The position numbers and the translations under genes were made by a program. Shown here piece after piece: positions 9,563 to 20,470 of a stretch of 62,547 bases of DNA. Numbering within the stretch: position 1 is the stretch's first letter; each line of letters starts with the position of its first letter. The notes under the pieces were generated by a model. That model worked only from the letters and a program-made list of their open reading frames with translations, searched no databases and was not told where the DNA came from. The DNA is from Deltaproteobacteria bacterium (lineage in GTDB: Bacteria > Desulfobacterota > Binatia > UBA9968), in assembly GCA_030688735.1 (NCBI GenBank), contig JAUYJC010000602.1:1-62547 (forward strand), read 5' to 3'.

Positions 9563-10267
9563 TCATCGATTTTTCGTCTGCGCTTCGTCGAGAATGCGCT
9601 CGGCCCGGCTGATGTTGAACACGCCGCAGATGCAAAAGCGCGCCATCGTGCGCGTGACTTCCGCCGGGCTGCGGCGATTCTCCTTGACCCACTCGATCAT
9701 CTTCTTGACAAAATTTGCCGAAAGCATGCCGTGGCCGCACATGGTCGAAAGCTCGAGCACGGTGGCGTCGGGTAATTTGTCCACGCGCCCGCAAAAGCCC
9801 AGGGAATACTCGACGCTGTGGCGGGTGACGCCTGTCTCCCGGCAGCAACGCGCCGCCTCTGCCATCGGCGCGCTGATGTTCACCGATACTCCGAGATTCG
9901 CGGCCCGGACGTCATCGACGAACGCTTTCATATCTTCGTAACTCTCGAAGACCGCCGCCACCGTCGTGTGGCCCTCGATACCGGCGATCACTTCCTCGGG
10001 ATTGGCAAGCTGCTCGCGCTTCCAGTGGGCTGTTGGGTTCAAATCCTGCCGCGGGCGCAGCGTACCGCCCTTGGTGGCGTCGCCGATGTTCACCGGATTG
10101 TGCTTCAGCGCCAGACGCAAGAACGCGCGATACTTCGTGATCAGGTCGTCATCATTGACGCCGCGGCTCGCCATGGCGAAAACGATAAAGTCATCGTTGA
10201 CCGGCTCGGGATTGGGCAGCCGTTCGTGGGCGTAATGCTCGCTATAGCGGTGCAGCGTGTTGGTCAT
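9563..10267 (-). CDS. Uncharacterised Cys/His-rich protein (STMCGHG, CxCGxFN motifs)
   Basis: 234-aa ORF 5 bp downstream of the Fe-S gene in the same operon; clustered candidate metal ligands. Confidence 0.8.
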   Translation of the reverse strand: MTNTLHRYSEHYAHERLPNPEPVNDDFIVFAMASRGVNDDDLITKYRAFLRLALKHNPVNIGDATKGGTLRPRQDLNPTAHWKREQLANPEEVIAGIEGHTTVAAVFESYEDMKAFVDDVRAANLGVSVNISAPMAEAARCCRETGVTRHSVEYSLGFCGRVDKLPDATVLELSTMCGHGMLSANFVKKMIEWVKENRRSPAEVTRTMARFCICGVFNISRAERILDEAQTKNR

Positions 10268-10272
10268 TTTCG

Positions 10273-11082
10273 CTAGGCTTGCGCGACCGTACGCGCTCCC
10301 AATCCCAGGTTGGTTTTTCCGCGATACGCGGGATAACCCTCTCGCTCCAAGATCTCCCCGAGCGGCTCCTCGCCGACACCATTGCAGCGGGTCGAAACAC
10401 CGATGCTGATCACCGTTCCCACTTCGCGGGAAAGCTCCTTGATTCTTTTCAAAACCACCGGCACCATTTCGAGTTTGGTCTTGATCTCGACGATCGCTGA
10501 AAGAATTTTCTCGTTAAGGATATCCGGTCGAATAAGACCGCGGGTAGAATCGCTCATGAGCGAGGTGACCGGATTGTTGCTTTCGAACTCGACGCCCAAT
10601 GCAGCCAAGGCTTGGGTGACGCGCTCGATGTCGCGAAAGCGCGCGCCGATTCCCGGCCTACCGAATTCTACAACGAAGCCCGCCTCGCCTTCTTTCACCC
10701 GGTCGGTGACGTCGTTGGTCTTCACCTCGGCGGTGCCGCGCCCGTGGATACCTGTGGACTCATGCGGCACCTGCGGGTCGGAGAAGGCGCGTCGGACAAG
10801 CCGAGGCCAACTCAATTCTTCCGGAACGATCGCATCCGTGGGACAGATGTCGGGCTCGGGATCGAAGCGGAAGCGAAAAAAATTGGCCGCCTTGCGGATC
10901 GCCCGCACGAATGTGGGATTCAAGTGCTCCTTCGACATGCCGCGGTAGCAGGTAAAACACTCCACGCATTCCTCGGCGTTGATGCGCGCGCGGTTGCTCG
11001 CCGGATCGATGTAGATCGCGCCCATCGGGCAGACCGGCAAACAATTGCCGCAGGCGACGCACTTGCCTGGGTCGATTTTCAC
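10273..11082 (-). CDS. 2[4Fe-4S] ferredoxin-domain protein with an uncharacterised C-terminal domain
   Basis: CVACGNCLPVCP and CVECFTC...CP motifs; C-terminal GRGTAEVKTNDVT and EFGRPG segments. Confidence 0.85.
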   Translation of the reverse strand: MKIDPGKCVACGNCLPVCPMGAIYIDPASNRARINAEECVECFTCYRGMSKEHLNPTFVRAIRKAANFFRFRFDPEPDICPTDAIVPEELSWPRLVRRAFSDPQVPHESTGIHGRGTAEVKTNDVTDRVKEGEAGFVVEFGRPGIGARFRDIERVTQALAALGVEFESNNPVTSLMSDSTRGLIRPDILNEKILSAIVEIKTKLEMVPVVLKRIKELSREVGTVISIGVSTRCNGVGEEPLGEILEREGYPAYRGKTNLGLGARTVAQA

Positions 11083-12269
11083 CTGCCTTGCCCCAACCCG
11101 CCCGGCGCCGTCTGCAATAGATAAGTCTCGGCGGCCGCCAAGCCGGCGCCCAGGGGCACCGCGACGCCGAAACTCGTCAACGTCATTTCAACGCCGGCGA
11201 GCGCGCCGAGCAGCTCGAGCTCGTTCAAGCTCCCCAGGTGGCCGATGCGGAAAATTTTCCCCTTCACCGCGCCGAGTCCGGGACCCAGGGGAAGCTCCAG
11301 AGTTTTCTGGGCGTGGGCGAGATAGGCGTCGGAGTCAACACCCTCAGGCATGCAGACCGCGGTCAAGGTGTTCGACGATTCTTTGATGTTTCTCGCCAGC
11401 ACCTTTAGCCCCATCGCCGTAACCGCGCGGCGGCAGCTCTCCGCCAGGCGGGCGTGACGCGCAAAAACATTGGGCAACCCCTCTTCTTCCAGCATCGCCA
11501 GGCTCTCCTTGAGTCCGAATATCAGCGCGGTGGCCGGGGTATAGGGAAATTCGCCGCGGGCGTTGCGTTCGAAGATCGGCGCCCAGTCCCAAAAATAGCG
11601 CCCGCATCTCGCTGACCGGTTTGCTTCGCGCGCCTTTGGGCTGACCGCCAGGATCGCCATTCCCGGAGGCAGCATGAGTCCTTTCTGAGGACCCGTGAGC
11701 GCGACATCGACCCGCCACTCGTCGAAACGAAAATCAGTACATGCCAGGGAGCTGACGACGTCGACGAAGAGGAGCGCGGGATGATCCGCGCGATCCATCG
11801 CGCGGCGAATCGCGCCGATATCGGTGACGACCCCGGTGGAAGTCTCGCAGTGGAGCACCAACACGGCCCGGAGCCGGCGATCTTTGTCTGCGCGCAGCCG
11901 TTCTTCGAGCTGTTCGGCTGAAACAGCGGCTCCATAGGGAACTTCGAGCCGCTCGACTTCGATCCCATGGGCGCTGGCGGTGTCGCAAAAGCGCGCGCTG
12001 AAATTGCCATTGACACAGCCCAGCACCCGGTCGCCCGGCGAAAGTGTATTGACCACGCAGGATTCCCAGGCGCCCGTGCCGGAGCCTGGGTTCAGGACGA
12101 TGTCACCACTCGAGGTTTGAAAGACTTTTTTAAGACCTTCCAAGACTCCTTTGAGCAGGTCGGCGAACTGCGGCCCGCGATGATCGATGAGGGGTTGCGA
12201 CATCGCCCGCACAACCCTGTCGGGAACCAGCGTCGGACCCGGAATCTGCAGAAAAGGACGGCCAGGCAT
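11079..12269 (-). CDS. PLP-dependent class V aminotransferase (serine/alanine-glyoxylate aminotransferase-like)
   Basis: LQIPGPT, DHRGP, GSGTGAWE, HCETSTGV, VDVVSS, TGPQKGLMLPPG, FRIGHLG. Confidence 0.92.
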   Translation of the reverse strand: MPGRPFLQIPGPTLVPDRVVRAMSQPLIDHRGPQFADLLKGVLEGLKKVFQTSSGDIVLNPGSGTGAWESCVVNTLSPGDRVLGCVNGNFSARFCDTASAHGIEVERLEVPYGAAVSAEQLEERLRADKDRRLRAVLVLHCETSTGVVTDIGAIRRAMDRADHPALLFVDVVSSLACTDFRFDEWRVDVALTGPQKGLMLPPGMAILAVSPKAREANRSARCGRYFWDWAPIFERNARGEFPYTPATALIFGLKESLAMLEEEGLPNVFARHARLAESCRRAVTAMGLKVLARNIKESSNTLTAVCMPEGVDSDAYLAHAQKTLELPLGPGLGAVKGKIFRIGHLGSLNELELLGALAGVEMTLTSFGVAVPLGAGLAAAETYLLQTAPGGLGQGR

Positions 12270-12328
12270 AGGATGGCGCACGCTAACTAATATTCACCTA
12301 CCATGTCAAGCGGGGGGTTCCGTTCCGA

Positions 12329-12393
12329 AGATAGAGGATGGAAGATCGAGGATCGAAGAATTCTCTCCTCCATCATCGATCCTCTATCCTCGA
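12329..12393. repeat. Inverted heptamer tandem repeat (ATCGAGG-type)
   Basis: ATAGAGG ATGGAAG ATCGAGG ATCGAAG ... CCATCAT CGATCCT CTATCCT. Confidence 0.75.
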
Positions 12394-12395
12394 GC

Positions 12396-13244
12396 CTAAC
12401 TGACATGGCTCCAGGCGTGGTAGGAGCTACGCACCAGCGGCCCGGACTCGACATGGCGGAAGCCGAGCTTCTCACCCGCGGTCTTGAATGCCTTGAATTC
12501 TTCGGGGCCCAGGTAACGCTCGACCCGCAACTGACGATTCGACGGTTGGAGATACTGTCCGATGGTGACGATGTCGACTTCATGCTCGCGCAAATCACGC
12601 AGGGTCGTCATCACTTCATCGCCGGTCTCGCCGACCCCGACCATGAATCCCGACTTGGTGAGCATGTCGCCGCGCATTTTCTTCGCTTCTCTTAGAATAC
12701 CCAGCGAGCCTTCGTAAGTGTGACCCGGCCTGACTTTGCCGTAGAGGCGCGGCACGGTTTCGATGTTGTGGTTGAGGATTTCGATTCCCGAATTGACGAT
12801 GGTTTTCAGCGCAGTCAGGTTGCCTGCGAAATCCGGGATTAGTAATTCGACGCGAATGCCGGGATTCAGGTTCTTGATCCAGAAGACCGTCTTGGCGAAA
12901 TGGCCCGCCCCGCCGTCGGGGAGATCGTCGCGGTTGACCGAAGTGACGACGATATGATCCAGGCCGAGATCCTTTACGACCACGGCTACGTTGCGCGGCT
13001 CTTCCGGGTCGAGGGCCAGCGGCTTTCCCTTGTCGATGGTGCAAAAGCGGCAGCCGCGCGTGCAGGTATCGCCGAGGATCAAAAACGTCGCCGTCTTGTT
13101 GCCCCAGCACTCGCCGATATTCGGACAGCGTGCCTCTTCGCAAACCGTGTGCAGGTTTTTTTCCCGCAGGATACGCTTGAGACGAAGATAGTTTGCATCT
13201 CCGGGAGCTTTGACTTTGATCCAGTCGGGGTGTCGGCGGGGCAT
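12396..13244 (-). CDS. lipA: Lipoyl synthase
   Basis: TVCEEARCPNIGECW, CTRGCRFC radical SAM motif, GPLVRSSYHA. Confidence 0.97.
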   Translation of the reverse strand: MPRRHPDWIKVKAPGDANYLRLKRILREKNLHTVCEEARCPNIGECWGNKTATFLILGDTCTRGCRFCTIDKGKPLALDPEEPRNVAVVVKDLGLDHIVVTSVNRDDLPDGGAGHFAKTVFWIKNLNPGIRVELLIPDFAGNLTALKTIVNSGIEILNHNIETVPRLYGKVRPGHTYEGSLGILREAKKMRGDMLTKSGFMVGVGETGDEVMTTLRDLREHEVDIVTIGQYLQPSNRQLRVERYLGPEEFKAFKTAGEKLGFRHVESGPLVRSSYHAWSHVS

Positions 13245-13250
13245 GGCTAT

Positions 13251-13982
13251 TCAAGCAGGCCGAGGATCGATGATCGAAGATTGAGGATCGCGATCTTCCA
13301 TCCTCGATCCTCCATTCTCGGCGATGCCGCCTTCCTTGAGGTCTGAATAACCGAACAGTTCAGCGAAGTGATGGAGAAATCTCCCCTTAACACGCTCTGC
13401 GCTTTGCTCTTTGCCCAATTCCCGCGCCATCGACGTTACCTCGGCCCACGCTAGCCCGCACGGGACGATTCGATCGAAGTAGCTGAGATCGGTGTTCACG
13501 TTGAGCGCCAGGCCGTGATAAGTGATGCACCGGCGCACCGCGACGCCGATGGCGGTGATCTTCCGATCACCGATCCAAATCCCGGTAAACGGCGGCCGGC
13601 GGGCAGCTTCGAGAGCGAAATCTCCAAGCGTGCGAATCGCGCTCATTTCCAGATTCCGCAGATACCGATGCACGTCCTTGCGCAGCTTAGAGCGTAAATC
13701 AATGATCGGATAGATAACCAACTGACCCGGACCGTGATAAGTCACGTCACCGCCCCGGCTCGTCCGGTAAACCGGAACTTCCTCTGGAGCGAGAACATTG
13801 GACTCATTACCACCGCGTCCGAGGGTGCAAACATGGGGATGTTCCACGAAGAGTAGGATGTCGGGTGATGGCTCGCGCTGCTTGAGTTCGACGAGCCTCT
13901 CTTGCAGCGCCAGTGCGGCAAGATAGTCCATTCTCCCGAGATCTTTGTAAAGTAGCGTAGTCATCGAACACCGACCGTTCAT
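13251..13982 (-). CDS. lipB: Lipoyl(octanoyl) transferase
   Basis: EHPHVCTLG, RGGDVTYHGPGQ, HGLALNV, IVPCG; the C-terminal tail is read through a heptamer repeat. Confidence 0.95.
   Translation of the reverse strand: MNGRCSMTTLLYKDLGRMDYLAALALQERLVELKQREPSPDILLFVEHPHVCTLGRGGNESNVLAPEEVPVYRTSRGGDVTYHGPGQLVIYPIIDLRSKLRKDVHRYLRNLEMSAIRTLGDFALEAARRPPFTGIWIGDRKITAIGVAVRRCITYHGLALNVNTDLSYFDRIVPCGLAWAEVTSMARELGKEQSAERVKGRFLHHFAELFGYSDLKEGGIAENGGSRMEDRDPQSSIIDPRPA
13261..13320. repeat. Inverted heptamer repeat within the lipB 3' end
   Basis: CGAGGAT CGATGAT CGAAGAT TGAGGAT CGCGATC TTCCATC CTCGATC CTCCATT. Confidence 0.75.
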
Positions 13983-14092
13983 TTTTATCCTCCCTGTCCG
14001 ATGGTTTCAAGTAAGCGCCCCGGATCACAGTTTGACAGCGCCGAGCAGCGACCGCTACATTTGGCCAAGAACGCTTAGGAGAATTGGCTCCC

Positions 14093-15629
14093 ATGTCCCA
14101 ACCTCAAGTTAATCCCCCCTGGTTCGTCCGCAAAGACCTCGACGGCTTTTTCGGCCTGATGATCGATAACTTGATCCAGCTCATTCTGATCGTCAGTCTG
14201 TGCCGCGAGCTGATTCATTTGCCGGACAGCTACATCTTCGGCAAGATTCTGCCCGGAGCGGCGGTTTCCATCCTCGTGGGCAATTTCTTCTACGCCTGGC
14301 AGGCGCGCCGGCTCGCGCGCGAGACCGGCCGGGAAGACGTCACCGCGCTGCCCTACGGCATCAACACGGTAAGCCTGTTTGCCTTCGTTTTTTTCATCAT
14401 GCTGCCGATCGTCCAGGAGACCAAAGACCCCGTGTGGGCCTGGAAGGTCGGGCTGGTCGCCTGTTTTTTAAGTGGCGTCATCGAGATCATCGGCGCTTTC
14501 ATCGCAGAGACTGTGCGCCGGGTGACGCCGCGCGCCGCGTTGCTTTCCGCGTTGGCAGGGATTGCCATTACTTTTATTTCCATGGACTTCACTTTCAAGA
14601 TTTTCGCCCAACCGCTGGTGGCGCTGGCACCGATGGCTTTGATCTTCGTCGCCTGCTTCTCCCATCAAAGACTCCCGTTGGGACTGCCCGGCGGCATGGT
14701 CGCGATCGCGATTGGAACCGGCTTGGGCTGGATTCTAGGAACGATGAACGGGAAGGCATTAAATATGAGCGTCGTACTGGCGCCGCCGGTTTTCGCCGGA
14801 GTTTCGCTCTGGGAAGCGTTGACCCATCCCGCATTCTTGAATTATTTCTCGGTGATTTTTCCGATGGGAATTTTCAACGTCGTTGGATCGCTGCAAAACA
14901 TTGAGAGCGCGGAAGCCGCAGGCGACCGATACCGGACCTTTCCTTCGCTCATGGCCAACGGGATCGGCTCGGTGGTCGCGGCGCTTTTCGGCAGCGTCTT
15001 TCCCACGACCATTTTACATCGGCCACCCAGGTTGGAAGCGCCTCGGCGCGCGCTCGGGCTACTCCGCGCTGAACGGAATATTCATCAGTTTTCTTTGCCT
15101 CACAGGGACGATCCAAGCAGTGCTCGGGTTGATTCCTTTAGAGGCGGGAATCGGCATTCTCCTGTATATCGGCATCATCATCGTCGCGCAGGCGTTTCAG
15201 GAGACGCCCAAGGAGCATGCGCCGGCGGTGGCGTTAGGCATCGTTCCCGCGTTGGCAGCATGGGGACTCCTGATGGTTGAAACTGGAGTGAGAGCCGCGG
15301 GAAAATCATTGGCAGGCGTCGGCCCGGCGCCTTTTGCCCAGAGTCTGGCGCTTCACGGCATGATCTCGCTGGAGCGCGGCTTTATTTTTACCTCGATGAT
15401 TCTCGCCGCCATCGGCGTCGCGCTAATCGAGCGGCAGTTCTCCAAGGCCGCAGCTTGGGCGGTTGCTGCAGCGCTGCTCTCGGCGAGCGGCATCATTCAC
15501 GCCTACGATCTCACGCCCGGCGGCATCACGAGCCGTTTCGGCCTGATGGCGGCGCCGGAATTCTTTATCGCTTATTTATTGTTGGCGGCGCTTTTCTTCG
15601 CTGTGGGGTTGCTCGCGAAAAAACCCTGA
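14093..15629 (+). pseudogene. NCS2/AzgA-like permease split by a +1 frameshift at 15012-15015 (pseudogene or sequencing error)
   Basis: ORFs 14084-15280 and 14883-15629 join as FPTTI-YIGHPGWK if one T is removed from ACC ATTTTAC ATC; also DLDGFFGL, TALPYGIN and SAEAAGD motifs. Confidence 0.85.
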
Positions 15630-15727
15630 ACCGGACAACCCGCAACCGGAATCAGTTTGCGGCCGGAACTTTCCGCCTGAAGGCAAGTTTCTGCTTCGAG
15701 TCGTTGATTTGAAGTTCCAAGTGCCAA

Positions 15728-15763
15728 CCCGAGACGCGAGACTCCAGACCCGGGACTCCTGAG
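15728..15763. repeat. Heptamer tandem repeat between convergent genes
   Basis: CCCGAGA CGCGAGA CTCCAGA CCCGGGA CTCCTGA. Confidence 0.6.
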
Positions 15764-15766
15764 CCC

Positions 15767-16393
15767 TCACAGGGGCGAGTCCGCCGGCGGTGGATATTCT
15801 CGGCTGTTGACATGGGTGACGCTCCAAGCATTTGCGCCGTTGCGCTGGAGCCGGGTGATGCCGCAGGGGTCGAGATGAAAAGATCGATAGTTGTTCAAAT
15901 GGGTTCCGGTGACCCGACAGACAATGCCGAGGATCGGGAAGTTATGGCTCACGACCACGATGGACTCCGCGGCGACATGTCGCTCGGCGATCCGAGCAAC
16001 TCCCTCCCAAGCGCGCTCGGCTACGTCGGTCAATTTCTCTCCTCCCGGGACTTGAATCTCCGCAGGCTCGGTTCGCCAACGCGCTAGGAACTCCGAGTAG
16101 CTCTGTTTAATTTCATTGAACGTCAGTCCTTCCAAGGCGCCGTGATTCAGTTCGCGAATGTTTTCTTCGATCAGCACGGGCAAGTTGTGCGGTTGGCTGA
16201 TCAGGTCGGCGGTTTGGCGCGCCCGTCGAAGATCGCTGGAGTAAATCGCCTGGATGCTCTCGCTGCTCAGCAGCGCCGCGATCTGTTCGGCTTGCCGGAC
16301 CCCGACCTCGCTAAGCTCCCGATCGGTGACGCCTTGACAGCGGCCTTGGAGGTTCCAATCGGTTGCCCCGTGGCGCACCAAAACAATCTGCAC
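15767..16393 (-). CDS. Histidine phosphatase family protein (CobC/GpmB-like)
   Basis: VRHGAT, SSDLRRARQTA, E.NHG, GGE, VVSH motifs. Confidence 0.9.
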   Translation of the reverse strand: MQIVLVRHGATDWNLQGRCQGVTDRELSEVGVRQAEQIAALLSSESIQAIYSSDLRRARQTADLISQPHNLPVLIEENIRELNHGALEGLTFNEIKQSYSEFLARWRTEPAEIQVPGGEKLTDVAERAWEGVARIAERHVAAESIVVVSHNFPILGIVCRVTGTHLNNYRSFHLDPCGITRLQRNGANAWSVTHVNSREYPPPADSPL

Positions 16394-16419
16394 GGTATTT
16401 TATCCCCAAGAATCGACGC

Positions 16420-18324
16420 TCAGTCCTGCTCCAATGCCCCGGTGTGGATTTGAATCTTGGCTTTATTCTTCAGCCCTTCGATGAATTTCTGCAGGACTTG
16501 CTGGCGTGTCTCGGCCAGGGCTTGTTTTGTTAACTCCTCTTTCTCGCTCTCGAAGCGCTCCATGTCCGCTCCCTGACTGCCTTTAAAAGCCAGGATATAA
16601 ACGACATCTTTCTGAGTGAAAACCTTGTCGGCGATCGGTTTTTCCGCCGACAGGATAACGCCCGGCCTCAGCTCCGGCAGCTCGCCGATCTTCGGCAGTT
16701 GCGGCGCGTTGCGCAGAAACCAGCCGGTCTCTTCGACTTTGAGGCCGTTCTGCGCTGCCAGTTTCGCGATGTCCTTTTCCTTTTTCAGTTGATCCAACAA
16801 GCCGTTCCCCTTTTGGACAACGATTTCGTAGGCCTTAGATTCCTTCAAGCCCTTCTCGATGTTCGGCCGGACAGTCTCAAGCGGGGGAACGGCGGGCTCT
16901 TTGCGCTGTTTGATTTTCAATAGGTAGTACGCGTTATTTCCCTCAACGACGGGACTAACGTCCTTGGGACCCAGGGCGAAGGCGTTCTTGTAAAATTCTT
17001 GGTTCTGGCCGATCTCTGGGAGCACTTCACCGCTTGAAAACCAAGCTGTGACACTGACCGCGACGCCGCCCTCTTGGGCTATTTTAGCCAAGTCGTTTCC
17101 GGAAAGCATTTTTTCGCGGTCGCGATCGGCGATCTTGGCGGCTTCGCGCTTCCCTTTATCCGCTTTAAGGCTACGGGTGATTTCCGGCGTGAGATCTTTG
17201 AGCGTCGCGGTTTTTTCTTCCCGGCTGTCTTCAACCTTGACGACCTGAAGCCTCCCCGGGGTTTCGATCACGTCGCTAACTTCGCCTTTGGCCATATTGA
17301 ATACCTTGGCAAGCTGCGGCGGCAACTGGCCCTGCGCCGCCCAACCCAGATCCCCCCCTTTAGCGGCAGATGCATCGTCAGAAAATTGCTTGGCCAACTG
17401 GGCGAAGTCCTTCCCGCCGCGCGCTTCCGCAACCACCCGATTGGCACGGGCCCGGGCGTCCTCTTGTTGCTTGGCATCGGCGCCGGGCGGGACGCCGATC
17501 GAGACATAGCGCAATTTTAGCTCTTTGGGTTTACGAAACTTGGAGTCGCGGTTGGCCTGGTAGTAATCTTCAATCTCTTTCTCGCTGACTTGCGCGCCGG
17601 CAGCGAATCGATCAAAAGGATACGAGAGATATTCGACCTGGAGCTTGAGCGGCTCCTTGAGCATTTCCTTGTTGCCGTCGTAGAATTTTTTAATGTCGTC
17701 CTCGGACAGTTTCACTTCGGCGATCGCATCGCTGACCGGCAAGCGAACATATTGCAAATTGATTTTCTCGCGCTCCAAACGATAGCGCTCGCGCACCTCG
17801 GCGTCGGTGATCCGGGTTGAATCGAGAATCACGCCATAGAGATGTTGGATCGTCAGCTGCTCGCGTTGCTCCTCCTCGAATTCTCCGGGATTCAGCCGGT
17901 TCGCCCGCAGCAATTGCAGATAGCGCTCTTTGTTGAAACGGCCGGCCACCTGAAATTCGCGAACCTGGCCGATCGCTGCCATCAGCTCGTCGTCACCGGC
18001 CGTCAGTCCGAGCGCCTGCGCTTCCTGGCGCAGGAGCCGCTTCTGAATCAGCTCTTCGAGTAAGGTATTCTTGAGATTCAAGCTCTTGAGCATTTCGGGA
18101 GTCAACGATCCTTTTAGCAATTCCCGGTAACGTTCCAAAGTTTTCTGATATTGAGCCGAAAATTCGCGCTGGCTGATCGCATCGCCATTGACCTCGGCGA
18201 CGTTCGGCGCGCCTTGGTCCTGATATTTGCTGCCACCGTAGAAGGCGATGAACACGACGATGATGACCCCCAAAAGAAAAGTGATGATCCAGGACCTTTT
18301 TCGTTTTCGTAAGAAATCCAGCAT
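16420..18324 (-). CDS. ppiD: PpiD/SurA-type membrane-anchored chaperone and parvulin PPIase
   Basis: N-terminal TM, SurA_N region, DFAQLAKQFSDD...GGDLGW parvulin motif, 634 aa. Confidence 0.85.
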   Translation of the reverse strand: MLDFLRKRKRSWIITFLLGVIIVVFIAFYGGSKYQDQGAPNVAEVNGDAISQREFSAQYQKTLERYRELLKGSLTPEMLKSLNLKNTLLEELIQKRLLRQEAQALGLTAGDDELMAAIGQVREFQVAGRFNKERYLQLLRANRLNPGEFEEEQREQLTIQHLYGVILDSTRITDAEVRERYRLEREKINLQYVRLPVSDAIAEVKLSEDDIKKFYDGNKEMLKEPLKLQVEYLSYPFDRFAAGAQVSEKEIEDYYQANRDSKFRKPKELKLRYVSIGVPPGADAKQQEDARARANRVVAEARGGKDFAQLAKQFSDDASAAKGGDLGWAAQGQLPPQLAKVFNMAKGEVSDVIETPGRLQVVKVEDSREEKTATLKDLTPEITRSLKADKGKREAAKIADRDREKMLSGNDLAKIAQEGGVAVSVTAWFSSGEVLPEIGQNQEFYKNAFALGPKDVSPVVEGNNAYYLLKIKQRKEPAVPPLETVRPNIEKGLKESKAYEIVVQKGNGLLDQLKKEKDIAKLAAQNGLKVEETGWFLRNAPQLPKIGELPELRPGVILSAEKPIADKVFTQKDVVYILAFKGSQGADMERFESEKEELTKQALAETRQQVLQKFIEGLKNKAKIQIHTGALEQD

Positions 18325-18378
18325 TGCGGATGAGACCTTTCGCGCCAGCCTATTTTGAAAAGTACCGTGTTATGATAA

Positions 18379-19557
<1,179 letters not shown>

Positions 19558-19605
19558 GCCGAAGCGATCATAGCTCCCTGCCCGCCGCAGGCGACCGACG
19601 CTTTC

Positions 19606-20466
19606 ATGCTCGCTTTTCTTCGCAAGAACCAAATTGTACTCAGCTCATGCGCCTGTCTGCTGCTTTCACTTTACATCCTAAATGCCCACGCGCGCGGGCA
19701 ACTTAAGAACGACCCCATCGGACCGATCTTGCTTTGGCTGCTGCGCCCGATGCAGTTGGGCACCCATGCCGTCACCGGTTGGTTTAGCGACATACAGAAA
19801 GAGTTCGGCACGCTGTCCGGATTCAAAGCGGAAAATGAACGGCTGCGAACCCGGGTTCAAAAGTTGGAGACCGAAAGAAACAAACTCCTGGAAGCCGAGG
19901 CCACCAATCACCGCCTGCAGCAACTCTTGGACTTTCGAGCGCAATTGCCGCCCGGTTCCGTGACCGCGACGATCATCGCCAACAGCGCCAGCACCTGGTT
20001 TCAAAGTTGCCTGCTGAATAAAGGCAGCTCCGACGGCGTACGCAAAGGCATGGCGGCGGTCACGCCTCTCGGTGTCGTCGGCCAGGTGATCAGTACGGCG
20101 GCGCGCAGCGCCAAGGTCCTGTTGATTACCGACCCCAACAGCGGCGTGGATGTGCTGGTTCAGCGCACCCGAGCGCGCGGCATCGTTTCAGGCTCGCTGG
20201 AACAGAAAACCATCATGAAATACGTCAAGCGCAGCGAAGATATTCAGGTCGGAGACCGGCTCATCACGACCGGCCTGGACGGTGTTTTCCCCAAAGGACT
20301 GATGGTCGGCACGGTGACCAAGGTACAAAAACAAAACCTCGGACTTTTCCAATATATCGAGCTGACACCGGCGGTGTCTCTATCCCAGACCGAGGAGGTT
20401 TTGGTCGTCAAGGTCGAAACCAACCAGACGAAAAACGAGGGCTCACCGGCCAACAAGATCCGATAG
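19606..20466 (+). CDS. mreC: Rod shape-determining protein MreC
   Basis: TM plus coiled coil (ENERLR), NKGSSDGV, TTGLDGVFPKG; synteny. Confidence 0.95.
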   Translation: MLAFLRKNQIVLSSCACLLLSLYILNAHARGQLKNDPIGPILLWLLRPMQLGTHAVTGWFSDIQKEFGTLSGFKAENERLRTRVQKLETERNKLLEAEATNHRLQQLLDFRAQLPPGSVTATIIANSASTWFQSCLLNKGSSDGVRKGMAAVTPLGVVGQVISTAARSAKVLLITDPNSGVDVLVQRTRARGIVSGSLEQKTIMKYVKRSEDIQVGDRLITTGLDGVFPKGLMVGTVTKVQKQNLGLFQYIELTPAVSLSQTEEVLVVKVETNQTKNEGSPANKIR

Positions 20467-20470
20467 TTGA

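Noticed and set aside
9447-9848. 134-aa N-terminal extension of DctP in the ORF track
   Set aside because: It overlaps the upstream gene and crosses the 9-mer repeat; the RBS and signal peptide indicate ATG 9446
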